Shown one piece after another: positions 39,547 through 53,386 of a DNA stretch of 64,000 bases. A program made the position numbers and the translations under genes. Under the pieces are notes generated by a model. That model made no database searches. It saw nothing but the letters and a program-made list of their open reading frames with translations, and was not told the origin of the DNA. Positions within the stretch are counted from its first letter, which is position 1; each line of letters starts with the position of its first letter. The DNA is from Octopus sinensis (taxonomy: Eukaryota): contig NC_043002.1 of assembly GCF_006345805.1 (NCBI RefSeq), positions 21,390,001-21,454,000 on the forward strand, read 5' to 3'.

Positions 39547-40720
39547 TGATCCTTTCTAATATAGGGACAAGGCATGACATTTTGGGGGAGGGGACTAGCT
39601 GATTACATTGACCTCAGTACACAACTGGTACTTAATTTATCAACCCCGAAAGGATGAAAGGGAAAGTCGACCCCGATGGCATTTGAACTCAGAATGTAAA
39701 GACGGATGAAATACCTATTTCTTTACTACTCACAAGGGGCTAAACACAGAGAGGACAAACAAGGACAGACAAACGGATTAAGTCGATTACATTGATCCCA
39801 GTGGGTAACTGGTACTTATTTAATCGGCCCTGAAAGGATGAAAGGCAAAGTCAACCTCGGCAGAATTTGAACTCAGAACGTAGCAGCAGACGAAATACCA
39901 CTAAGCAATTTGCCCGGCATATTAATGATGTTGCCAGCTTGCCACCTAATAATAATAATAATAATAATAATAATCCTTTCTACTATAGGCACAAGGCCTA
40001 AAATTTGAGGGGTGGGGGCTAGTAGATTACATTGACCCAGTGTTTCACTGGTACTTATTTTATCGACCCTGAAAGGATGAAAGGCAAAGTCGACCTCAGT
40101 GGCATTTGAACTCAGAACGTAGCAATGGGTGAAATGCTGCTAAGCATTTTGCCTGGCGTGTTAACAATGCTGCCAACTCGCCACCTTAATAATCATCATC
40201 ATCATCATCATCGTTTAGCGTCCGTTTTCCATGCTAGCATGGGTTGGACGGTTCTACTGGGGTCTGTGAAGCCAGAAGGCTTCATCAGGCCCAGTCAAAT
40301 CTGGCAGTGTTTCTACGGCTGGATGCCCTTCCTAACGCCAACAACAACAATAATAATAATAATAATAATAATAATCCTTTCTACTATAGGCACAAGGCCT
40401 GAAATTTGGTGGGGGAGGGGGCTAGCTGATTATATCGACCCAATGTTTCACTGGTACTTATTTCATCAGCCCTGAAAGGATGAAAGGCAAAGTCGACCTC
40501 AGCGGAATTCGAACTCTTTATTATCATTAATAATAATAATAATAATAATAATCCTTTTTACTAAAGGAACAAGGCCTGAAATTTTGGGACTAGTCAATTA
40601 CATTGATCCCAGTGCGTAACTGGCGCTTAATTTATCGACTCCTAAAGGATAAAAGGCAAAGTTGACTTTGGAAGAATTTGAACATAGAATGTAACAAGTG
40701 GGAACAAACACCACAAAGCA
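39310..40720 (-). repeat. Head-to-tail array of about six family-B SINE units separated by (AAT)n
   Basis: Repeated gaaaggatgaaaggcaaagtcgacc-like core near 39400, 39650, 39832, 40071, 40474 and 40645. Confidence 0.85.
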
Positions 40721-41725
40721 ATTTTTTTTTTTTTTGCGGCACTTAAACTAATTTGTTGTTCACCCTCGTTTAGCATAAGCACATGGCCTGAAATCTGATG
40801 GGAGGTGGGGTGAGTCCAGCACTGACTGCTACATTATTCCGTCGATTTAGAGGAATGAAATGCGAAGTTGACCTTGGCAGGGTTTGAACTCAGAACGTAG
40901 TGACGAAATGAAATACTGTAAGGTATTTTGTAAGCGACCACAGAAGCGTAGCTAGCGAGAGTACAGTTCGGTACAACCAAGCCGTCCCCCAGGCCCATAT
41001 TCATGCAGTAAGACCCAAGAGTGCCGTCACCCTACCAAACTACTGAAACTGAACCTACAGCAATAATGATGGTAAGGATAAATGCTGAAGAAAAAGAAAA
41101 ATTACAAATTAATAATTACATAAAAGGACCTATAATCTTATCACAAATGCCGTGTAAATGATTAAGTTTTACTGGGGCAATAGCTATGATGATTCAATGG
41201 GTGAACGAATATGTATTTATGTATGTATGCACGGATGGATGGATGCACACAACGTATGAACGTATGTGTGTACGTGCAGGTATATATATATATATATATA
41301 ATTATGTACATAATTTCATACTTATGTAATTATATTATATAATTATACGTATATAATTATACACGCAATTATATACACACACACATATACGTATGTGTAA
41401 TTATATACATAAATGCGTAACTATATGATACATTTATATGCATTCAAATGCGTACACACACACACACACAGAGTAACGGGATTTGATTTCTGTTCCTCAA
41501 ACAGAGGAACTCCATTAGTAATTGTCAATGTTTTTGATATGTGTGTGTGTGTGTGTGTGTATGTATACTTCTTTTTTAATTAAAGCTGGAAAATCATCAC
41601 AATGTTTTTGCAGCTTTGATAAAGAAAAGCATGTTACTCTACCTTCGGTATTCGAGAACTATTTTTCCCACCTTGCTTAGCATTTATGTGCTTATCTATC
41701 CATCTATCTATCCATCTATCTATCC

Positions 41726-41831
<106 letters not shown>

Positions 41832-41874
41832 CTACCTACCTACCTACTACCTACCTACCTACCTACCTACCTAC

Positions 41875-41967
<93 letters not shown>

Positions 41968-42004
41968 CATACATACATACATACATACATACACACAACA
42001 CACA

Positions 42005-44255
42005 CACACACACACACACACACATCAAAGGGGTCGTCTGACACGGTGTGTAGATACCGGTGGCCCATCATTAATAAAAAAATAAAAAAACAAGAGTAAA
42101 TGATAAATATGCCACTTCGTCATTATAAATAGTAGGTATGTGTATATGCGCGTGTGTATCGCCGAGTTATCTAATAAGCATGATGAAAACAACTCTCTAC
42201 AGTCACAGAGTTTTGTGATGCGTGATCCTGTGATATCTTTTGTACATATTTCCAGAAGGGTATATGTATTTTTGGAAGTACATTCCGATCTTGAGCATAA
42301 TATTAAGCCTCATCCCAATTTTGGGCCTCATGTTTCGTATCAAATCTCTCCATCTGTTTGTCTGTAAGTCTCTCTCTCTCTCCCTCTCTCGTGTATGTGT
42401 GTGTACAAATATATAATTCTTCAAACATGTTTAAAAAATGCTGATGACATTTGTTGAAACACCAGTGTTTTTGCGATTTGTTTTTTTAATGTTCAGTTGC
42501 TGGTCTTGTGGCATGCAAACCATTGTATTTGTTTTTCTTATATTAAAAATGCACCAAGGCGCATCAAACGGTCAGAATTGTTATTGCGCCGGGCAGTATG
42601 CTTGGAGGCTTTTCATCCGTCTTTACGTTCTGAGTTCAAATGCCGCCGAGGTCGACTTGCTTTTCATCCTTTCGGGGTCGATAAAATAAGTATTAGTCAA
42701 GAACTGGGGTCTTCCCTGAAACTGCTGGTCTTGTGCCAAAAATTATAGATGGTGTGCTCGTAGAATCGTTTGCCCGTCGGACAAAATAATTAGCGATATA
42801 TTTTCCGGCTTTTTACGCTCTTAGTTCAAATAGGGTCGAAGTCGCCTTTCATCCTTTCAAGGTCGAAGAAATAAATACCAGTTGAACACCAGGGTCCATG
42901 TAATCGACTTATCTCCTTCCTCAAAATAACTGGCCTTATGTCAAAATTTGAAGCTATTATTATTGTCGTTGTCAAATTGTTTGTTTATTCACTTCCTGTT
43001 ACAGCTGTTGTCAGTGTTGTTATTTACTTTCGCTTTCTCTCGTGTTTTCGCTCGTCCAACGACCCCTCCTCACCATTTATTCTGCCCCACCTCTCAGCGT
43101 GCACGAACACACACACACACACACACCACACACACACACACACACACATCAAAGGGGTCGTCTGACACGGTGTGTAGATACCGGTGGCCCATCATTAATA
43201 AAAAAATAAAAAAACAAGAGTAAATGATAAATATGCCACTTCGTCATTATAAATAGTAGGTATGTGTATATGCGCGTGTGTATCGCCGAGTTATCTAATA
43301 AGCATGATGAAAACAACTCTCTACAGTCACAGAGTTTTGTGATGCGTGATCCTGTGATATCTTTTGTACATATTTCCAGAAGGGTATATGTATTTTTGGA
43401 AGTACATTCCGATCTTGAGCATAATATTAAGCCTCATCCCAATTTTGGGCCTCATGTTTCGTATCAAATCTCTCCATCTGTTTGTCTGTAAGTCTCTCTC
43501 TCTCTCCCTCTCGTGTATGTGTGTGTACAAATATATAATTCTTCAAACATGTTTAAAAAATGCTGATGACATTTGTTGAAACACCAGTGTTTTTGCGAAT
43601 TTGTTTTTTTAATGTTCAGTTGCTGGTCTTGTGGCATGCAAACCATTGTATTTGTTTTTCTTATATTAAAAATGCACCAAGGCGCATCAAACTGTCAGAA
43701 TTGTTATTGCGCCGGGCAGTATGCTTGGAGGCTTTTCATCCGTCTTTACGTTCTGAGTTCAAATGCCGCCGAGGTCGACTTTGCTTTTCATCCTTTCGGG
43801 GTCGATAAAATAAGTATTAGTCAAGAACTGGGGTCTTCCCTGAAACTGCTGGTCTTGTGCCAAAAATTTATAGATGGTGTGCTCGTAGAATCGTTTGCCC
43901 GTCGGACAAAATAATTAGCGATATATTTTCCGGCTTTTTACGCTCTTAGTTCAAATAGGGTCGAAGTCGCCTTTCATCCTTTCAAGGTCGAAGAAATAAA
44001 TACCAGTTGAACACCAGGGTCCATGTAATCGACTTATCTCCTTCCTCAAAATAACTGGCCTTATGTCAAAATTTGAAGCTATTATTATTGTCGTTGTCAA
44101 ATTGTTTGTTTATTCACTTCCTGTTACAGCTGTTGTCAGTGTTGTTATTTACTTTCGCTTTCTCTCGTGTTTTCGCTCGTCCAACGACCCCTCCTCACCA
44201 TTTATTCTGCCCCACCTCTCAGCGTGCACGAACACACACACACACACACACACAC
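42005..44255. repeat. Tandem duplication, ~1124-bp unit
   Basis: catcaaaggggtcgtctgacacgg at ~42023 and ~43147; identical ORF translations offset by 1124; junction lies in (CA)n. Confidence 0.95.
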
Positions 44256-44359
44256 ACTCTCTCTCTCTCTCTCGCGTGCGAAGTTATACGTATATTTTAA
44301 ACATATCCATTCATTCGGATGCACTTGTGTGAGTGAATATGCAACCAGAGCGATTGATT

Positions 44360-44413
44360 TTACGGACGCACATCAGAGTAGATGCCTGATTCCTTATCCA
44401 GCCAGGCCTCTAG
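44360..44413 (-). CDS. Candidate coding exon LEAWLDKESGIYSD (donor GTGCGT at 44371) or terminal LEAWLDKESGIYSDVRP*
   Basis: Acceptor ttctaatataacgtacag with a branch-like CTAAT; phase 0 in and out; unique island. Confidence 0.4.
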   Translation of the reverse strand, partial: LEAWLDKESGIYSDVRP

Positions 44414-44703
44414 CTGTACGTTATATTAGAATGTTGTGTGTGTGTGTGTCTCAGTGAGAGAGAGAGAGTGTGTGTGTGTGTATGTGTGTGTATGCGTATA
44501 CTTAGGAGATGACGTTCCAATTAGCGACACATATCGATCTCTACTATCTGGATACGTAGCCGCCGCCGCCACCGCCGCGACTACTACTACTACTACTACT
44601 ACTACTACTGTTGCTGCTACAAGTATTTCTGCTGCAGTTGTTTTCTTTTTGTCTTCCATTCGAGGTTTGGATAATTTTTAAACATCGCTCATACTATAAT
44701 AGG

Positions 44704-45325
44704 TAGGTGTGTGTGTGTGTGTGAATTATAGGTAGATATTAAAATAAATCAACTATTCACCGAACTCAGAGAAGCCAACTATATGAAAAAAAAAAACAAA
44801 CAAAAAATCTAGTTAAATTTGTGTTGGTATCTTCATTTGTCTTTTACTAATTTCAGTCATTGGACTACAGTCATACTGGGGCACCGCCTTAAGGGGTCTA
44901 GTGGACTTATTTGTAAGTCTGGTTGCTTGATCTGTCGGTCTCTTGTTGTTGCCGAATCGCTAAATGTCTGGGACACAAAGAAACCGAAACTGGTTGTCAA
45001 GCGGTGGTGGGGGACAAACGCATACATACATTGATAGGAGGCGGCGAGCTGGCAGAAACGTTAGCGCGCCGGTAGAAATGCGTAGCTGTATTTCGTCTGT
45101 CGTTATGTTCTGGGTTCAAATTCCGCCGAGGTCGACTTTGCCTTTCATCCTTTCGGGGTCGATAAATTAAGTACCAGTTACGCACTGGTGTCGGTGTAAT
45201 CGACTTAACCCGTTTGTCTGTCCTCTCTGTGTTTAGCCCCTTGTGGGTAGTAAAGAAATATATCTGAATATATATATATCCGGAAACTGAAAGACCGTTG
45301 TATGTGTGTGTGTGTGTATGGAGTT

Positions 45326-45363
<38 letters not shown>

Positions 45364-46820
45364 GTAAGCGAAGATAAAGAATACGCGCACCCGGTGTTTA
45401 GGGTTAGGGTTACGCCGAAAACGGATGGTGTGCCATATATATATATATATATATAATGTATGTGACGGGCTTCTCTCAGTTTCCGTCGATGAAATCCACT
45501 CGCAAGTGTTGGTTGGCTAGGAGTGCCCAAGGTGCTACGCAGTGGGATTGAAACAAACTTCTTCCTACCACGCAATCACACCTGTGCCCTGTAGATATAA
45601 AGTTTTATTTATTTATTGTTTTGGAAAAAGTTTGTCTGTTTAAGACCTTCCGGGTCATTAATTCTAGAGCTCACCCTAGTTTACGACGCAGGAGTTGAAG
45701 ACACCCTCCTGGATGTGACGTCAGTCCATCGCAAGGTTTAGCTCTCGGTTAATGCTGGTACTCGTAGCTGATTCGCCTGGAACAATGTATAATGAAGTGT
45801 CTTGATAAAAAGGTACAGCGCACCGCTTACATCGGGAATTCAACCTTCGACCTTTATGTTCGTACACCAAACACTGTAATCACTCCACTACATTCCTTGA
45901 TGTCAATCTGTTTTAGTGAACATTAAATAACTGATCAGAAATAATTATGTAATGAAGAAAATATAATGGTTAATATAATACTGTTTTAATTATTTCGATA
46001 AAAAATTGTGACAACTCTGATCATACTTCAGTCTTATTGCACCTCTTCAACGCGGCGCAGACTTCGTCTTTGGCGAAGTAGTGATGAGGTAATCACTAAA
46101 CAGATGTACAATGATTAGGTGTGGAAAATTAGCATATTCGAAGAAATTAACATATTAAGAGAAAAGAAATTCCCGAGATTAATTACTTATATCGAATTAA
46201 TAGGTGTGTGTGTGTGTGTGAATTATAGGTAGATATTAAAATAAATCAACTATTCACCGAACTCAGAGAAGCCAACTATATGAAAAAAAAAAACAAACAA
46301 AAAATCTAGTTAAATTTGTGTTGGTATCTTCATTTGTCTTTTACTAATTTCAGTCATTGGACTACAGTCATACTGGGGCACCGCCTTAAGGGGTCTAGTG
46401 GACTTATTTGTAAGTCTGGTTGCTTGATCTGTCGGTCTCTTGTTGTTGCCGAATCGCTAAATGTCTGGGACACAAAGAAACCGAAACTGGTTGTCAAGCG
46501 GTGGTGGGGGACAAACGCATACATACATTGATAGGAGGCGGCGAGCTGGCAGAAACGTTAGCGCGCCGGTAGAAATGCGTAGCTGTATTTCGTCTGTCGT
46601 TATGTTCTGGGTTCAAATTCCGCCGAGGTCGACTTTGCCTTTCATCCTTTCGGGGTCGATAAATTAAGTACCAGTTACGCACTGGTGTCGGTGTAATCGA
46701 CTTAACCCGTTTGTCTGTCCTCTCTGTGTTTAGCCCCTTGTGGGTAGTAAAGAAATATATCTGAATATATATATATCCGGAAACTGAAAGACCGTTGTAT
46801 GTGTGTGTGTGTGTATGGAG

Positions 46821-46894
<74 letters not shown>

Positions 46895-47732
46895 GTAAGC
46901 GAAGATAAAGAATACGCGCACCCGGTGTTTAGGGTTAGGGTTACGCCGAAAACGGATGGTGTGCCATATATATATATATATATATAATGTATGTGACGGG
47001 CTTCTCTCAGTTTCCGTCGATGAAATCCACTCGCAAGTGTTGGTTGGCTAGGAGTGCCCAAGGTGCTACGCAGTGGGATTGAAACAACTTCTTCCTACCA
47101 CGCAATCACACCTGTGCCCTGTAGATATAAAGTTTTATTTATTTATTGTTTTGGAAAAAGTTTGTCTGTTTAAGACCTTCCGGGTCATTAATTCTAGAGC
47201 TCACCCTAGTTTACGACGCAGGAGTTGAAGACACCCTCCTGGATGTGACGTCAGTCCATCGCAAGGTTTAGCTCTCGGTTAATGCTGGTACTCGTAGCTG
47301 ATTCGCCTGGAACAATGTATAATGAAGTGTCTTGATAAAAAGGTACAGCGCACCGCTTACATCGGGAATTCAACCTTCGACCTTTATGTTCGTACACCAA
47401 ACACTGTAATCACTCCACTACATTCCTTGATGTCAATCTGTTTTAGTGAACATTAAATAACTGATCAGAAATAATTATGTAATGAAGAAAATATAATGGT
47501 TAATATAATACTGTTTTAATTATTTCGATAAAAAATTGTGACAACTCTGATCATACTTCAGTCTTATTGCACCTCTTCAACGCGGCGCAGACTTCGTCTT
47601 TGGCGAAGTAGTGATGAGGTAATCACTAAAAGATGTACAATGATTAGGTGTGGAAAATTAGCATATTCGAAGAAATTAACATATTAAGAGAAAAGAAATT
47701 CCCGAGATTAATTACTTATATCGAATTAATAG

Positions 47733-47735
<3 letters not shown>
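44704..47735. repeat. Tandem duplication, ~1.5-kb unit
   Basis: gtgaattataggtagatattaaa at ~44721 and ~46218; identical ORFs offset by 1497; junction lies in (TG)n. Confidence 0.95.
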
Positions 47736-47763
<28 letters not shown>

Positions 47764-47968
47764 CAAGCGAATCGAAAATAATTCTGTCTCTTCAGTAACA
47801 TGCTTTGCTGCAGTTGTCTGCGCGCGCGCGCGTTTCGTGTGTATATGGGGGGGGGGGGGTGTGTGTGTGTGTTTTGATGTCTCCGACACACACACACACA
47901 CACACACATATATAATCAACGGTGGTGCACCAGCATGACCGCAGCTTTAAAGCTGAAACAAGTTAAAG

Positions 47969-48004
<36 letters not shown>

Positions 48005-51000
48005 AATGCTTGCGTGTATAGTTTATCCCATCCATTCGCGTGCGCGCGTGCGTCTCTATATACATATATATGTGTGCATGTATATATGTATACATACCTG
48101 TGTATATATTTATGTATATACACGTGTATATATATATATGTATTTATATGCATATATATGTGTGTATATATATATGTATGTATATATGTGTGTATATGTG
48201 TATGTATATATGTGTGTATATGTATATATGTATGTATATGTGTGTATGTATGTGTATATATATATGTATATATATGTGTGTATATATATATATATATGCA
48301 TATATGTATATATATGTGTGTATATATATATATATGCATATATGTATATATATGTGTGTATATATGTATATGCATATATATGTGTGTATATACATGTATA
48401 TATATATATGTGTGTGTATATACATACATATGTATATATATATATGCATATGTGTGTGTATATGTGTGTGTATGTATATATATATATATATGTATTTAAT
48501 ATATGTGTATATATTTATGTGTGAATATGTATATATATATATGTATATATATATAAATGTATATATACTTATGTGTGTGTGTGTATCAGACATACACGCG
48601 TTCACATAAGCCAATATTCATTAAAGAAGCGTAATTCAAACGGGCGAACCAACCATTCGATAAACAGAGATCGATATATGAGTACCAGGCTAAGTACTGG
48701 GGTCGATATAATGACAAAACACCATGAAAGCTAATGCTCCGGTATGGCCGCAGACCAATTACTGAATCCAATAAAACAACTAAAGACACTTTGTAAACTC
48801 TGATATATACACTCATATATACTCAGCAACTTAGACACTCTTATACAGAGATACACATACAAGCACATTCCTACACTGTCAGAGGCACGTACGCTGGCTC
48901 TTTACATAAATAGGTACTTGGGCACTCCTTTAAGAGACCCTCTTTAAACGCACGCATTCATTCATACATACATACATACATACATACATACATACAAATT
49001 ATAGAGAGGGAAAGAGAGAGCGGATATATATATGTATATATATGTATATATATATATAATCTGTTTAAGAGACCCTCTTCTCAATAATATATACATATAT
49101 AATAATATAATAATATATACATATACATATATATATATCCGCTCTCTCTTTCCCTCTCTATCATTTGTATGTATGTTTGAATGAATGCCTGCGTGCGTTT
49201 AAAGAGGGTCTCTTAAAGAGATATAATCTGTTCTTGTAACAAAGATGCTCATATGTATACGGATACATGCTGACCCTCTTTACATAGATAGATAGATAGA
49301 TAAATAAACACACACTTATATCCCAACATGCGCATATACCCACTTTGCGTTCACACATACGTAGACACTCTCTTACTTACACATTTTCTTTTTCACGGAC
49401 ATGCATTTTCCGTGTCGCAAAGACATATTCTTTCGCAGACGTTTTCTTTCTCTCACATAAACACATTTACACCCTCTGTGTGTGTGTGTGTGTGTCTTTC
49501 TCTCACTACTGTACCTCTGTATAATATATCCTCACTCACTTCCATATATATCCACACATATATTCCTATCTAGCCCGTCGTCTTACGCATACAGCCTCTC
49601 AATAATATATACAAGTTCAGTGATCATTATGTAGTGGGAGGTTGTAATTCCAGCACACTCTCATAGTCTGTCCAATATCTTTACAACGAGCCAGAACAGT
49701 CTGACTGCTGTAGTGATAGTTGGTCTTTACTTTCACTTTGTTAACTAGTACCGTGTAGTTTAACGGTCTGTTCTACTCGTTACCACAATTGACGGGTTTA
49801 TATCATTGCTGATGATGGACGGTTAAAGCAGAGGTCAATCATATAGGTGGTAATTGTTAAAACGACGGTTATAAAACCGGTGGTAAAGGTAAGGATAGTT
49901 ACAACTGTGATGGTGATGGTGGTGTTGGTTACGGCTGTGGCTATTGTATATGCGGTAATTGTTAAAATAGTGGCTATTGTATTAGTAGTGGAAGTTAAAA
50001 GTAGTAGCTTTTGTATTAGAGGCGATGGGTACGGTAGTGGTCATCGTATTAGTGGCGATGATTATAACTGAGGCTATTGTATCAGTGGTGATATTTACAA
50101 TAGAGGCTATTGTATAAGTGATTGCTAAAGTAATGGTTATTGTTTTATACTATTGGTATTGATGGTAATGGTGGCTAAAGCCGTCGCTGGTGTATTGGTG
50201 ATGATGATTAAAACTAGTCACTGTTGTTTTGATTATGGTGATGGTGATGGTGGTTATTTCATTAGCGGTTGTAGTGGTGGTCAGAGTAGTAGCTGCTGTA
50301 TTGTTGTTTAGCCCCAGGTTAGAACCAATCGATCAGATTCTTCTGATCAGAAATATTTCAGTAATAACCATCCCTTTCTAATTCAAGATAATTTTTGCTC
50401 TTGTTTTTACGATAATATCTAATACATGGTGTGGTTTAGGCGGTTTGGTTGCTATTTCTAGCAGGTTAAATGAGCACATAAAAGCTCCCGTGTTGGTATG
50501 TATGTTGGTGGTATTAATGGTAGTGGTGATGTTTATAAATTTGTATTGCTTACACCAGTTGTTCTCAACTCCCCCACACTTTTTTTTTATCTATAAACTT
50601 TTCGATTACTATTTTATTCTGGTAACCCTCCCCATGGGGGTGATTAAAACTAATTTTATACATATTCAAAATTACTATTTTGTTCATCACAAGATGAAAT
50701 ATGTAAAACGCAAGAGAAAAAAACCTGCTTCTCGCAATTAATACATCTACAGCAAAGTTATTTTCATTGACCCTTAATATAATACTGTGGACGCCCCAGA
50801 ATTCTTATATGGACCTCCAGGATCGTATGATCCACTGGTTTACACTGTCGGCATAAAAGTTGTGCTTGTGGCGATGGTGGTGGTGTCAGTGGTACTTAAC
50901 GTAACTACTTGGTGGCGTTGATGGCGGTTGGAGATGATTGCAGTATTGTGGTATTGGTGGTCGTTAATATGTTGATAGGTGTATTTATTAGTTGAAGTTG

Positions 51001-51512
51001 CAGCACTGGTTATTGGTATATGGTCATTGTGTTGATAGGTGTGGCGTTGATGGCTCTAGTAGTGCTGATAAGGCGGCGAGCTGGCAGAAACGTTAGCACG
51101 CCGGGCGAAATGCGTAGCCGTATTTCGTCTGCCGTTACGCTCTGAGTTCAAATTCCGTCGAAGTCGACTTTGCCTTTCATCCTTTTGGGGTCGATAAATT
51201 AAGTACCAGTTATGCACTGGGGGGTCGATGTAATCGGCTTAATCCGTTTGTCTGTCCTTGTTTGTGCCCCTCTGTGTTTAGCCCCTTGTGGGTAGTAAAG
51301 AAATAAGTTTTTGTACAGCGCAGTGGTTCCCAACTGGGGTCCATACAAGATTTTTGTTGTTAAAAATTATGTGCAATAAATTGGTTGTTCTTCTTCAACA
51401 CAAAGTATTTTAACAATTTAAAGAAAAAAATACAATTCTTAATATTTAATTATAAAAGTATGTGATTTTTTGAAGACTGTATGGCTATGGGGATCCTCCT
51501 GAATAAAATAAG

Positions 51513-51949
51513 GGCGAAGTTTCGCATGTCGTAGCTCAGATTTCCGTCGATTTCCGTAAAAAACTTTTATTTTTTACATAAGTAATGAGAGCGAAAGAGA
51601 CTAAGAGGAAGCGATTTTATGACGAGAGGTTTCTCTTTGAAACACACACATACATAGATACATACACACACACACACACATACATGCAGACATACATATA
51701 CACATACACCGAGTAAAAAATCAGTTATCTCTCTTTCTCTCGCACACACTAACAGAAGCACTTCACTTACACAACATACTGTCTGTCTCCCACACCCCAT
51801 CAAACACACACAGGCCGACTTCAAAGTGAAACCTTCTCGTCGTAAAATCGCTTCCTCTTGTCTCTTTCGCTCTCATTACTTATGTAAAAAAATAAAAGTT
51901 TTTTACGGAAATCGACGGAAATCTGTGCTACTACAACCGAAACTATGCC
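51513..51949. mobile_element. MITE with ~115-bp TIRs, GGC...GCC ends and an 8-bp TSD (Merlin-like), nested in an older hAT-like MITE (~51321-51998)
   Basis: Arms at ~51513-51633 and ~51828-51949; TSD AAAATAAG at 51505-51512 and 51950-51957. Confidence 0.85.
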
Positions 51950-53133
51950 AAAATAAGAATCAAAGGGGTCCATAGTAAGAATGGTCAAGAAACATTGGTA
52001 TCGCGTTACTTGTGATAGTAACGTTAGTCATGAAGTTGGTCATTGGTTACTGGTGGTGGTGGTGGTAGTGTTGATGGTTGTTGTAGTTGTTTTTTTCCTT
52101 CTTTTTAGCCCCAGGTCAGCACTAATCAACCAGAGCTATGATCAGAAGTAGTCCAGGTTTGACCATCCTGTCATTTGCATATCTAGGATTACTTTATCCA
52201 ACTTAGCCTTCCTAATTTTTTTTAAGGTGGTTGGGCATGATTTGAGGGAACTTTAGCTGCTATTTCTAGCAGATCAAGCGACTCTGTCATTTGTATAGTC
52301 CTGCTGGTGATGGTTATGATTGCATATATGGTGGTGGTGGTGAAGAGACAGAATTGGTTATAGGGAAACATTGTTTACTCCACACACACACTCACACACA
52401 CTGTCTCTGGTATACTACTTTAGATCTTTCTTATACCTACCCTTCTCTCAGTGTTAAAGATAGTAATGTTTTGTGTATGTTTGCATGAACATATATCTAT
52501 ATCTTTGTGTTTGTGTGTGTGCCCTTGTCAGCCTGTGATGGTTGTAAATGAGCATCTCTATCACACAAGCAGTGTTGTTTATTTCCAGTCTTCCTAAAAA
52601 ATATGTCTGGCAATGAAGAAATATTACCTTACATGGAAACAATTGAGGATTGGTGAGAGAAAGGGTATCCAGCCATAGAAAATCTGCCTCAACAAATACC
52701 CTCTCAACTATGCAACTATAGAAAACTGGATCTTAAAACAATGACGATGATGATGATGATATGTATATGTGTGCCTTTTTATGCATCCATATCTGTCTAC
52801 CTTCATCCTTCTAATTAGCATCAAGTCGTTTACACAAATACTCCTGCATCTGGCCTACAGGTGCACCATCTCCCCTCTCTAATTTTCTGCCACTGTTACA
52901 ATGGCCTCTGATCTTTGAAGTTGACTGAGCTCATACCATTCCCCCCTGTGACTTCTCTTCCTCTCTCAATAACTCAATAAAGTTCTTTTGTTTGACATAC
53001 AAATACTACCCCCTATATATATATGTATGCCTGTATGTATGCGGTATAAATGTGTGTGTATCTATATATATATATATATATATATGAGTAACAATGAAGG
53101 GTGAAATTAATTAATTTGGAATAATTAGTATTA

Positions 53134-53172
<39 letters not shown>

Positions 53173-53338
53173 TTAGGCGCAGGAGTGGCTGTGTGGTAAG
53201 TAGCTTGCTTACCAACTACATGGTTCCAGGTTTATTCCCACTTGCGTGACACCTTGGGCAAGTGTCTTATACTATAGCCTCGGGTCAACCAAAGTCTTGC
53301 AAGTGGATTTGGTAGACGGAAACTGAAAGAAGCCTGTC

Positions 53339-53386
<48 letters not shown>

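Noticed and set aside
44521-44547. Additional terminal-exon candidates IVEIDMCR* (here) and GPPVDSSR* (~25067-25093)
   Set aside because: Acceptors are too weak to distinguish from chance.
49840-50290. Val-rich ORF (also 23-211 and 63590-63665)
   Set aside because: Degenerate (GGT/GAT)n or (CAA/CCA)n trinucleotide low-complexity DNA.
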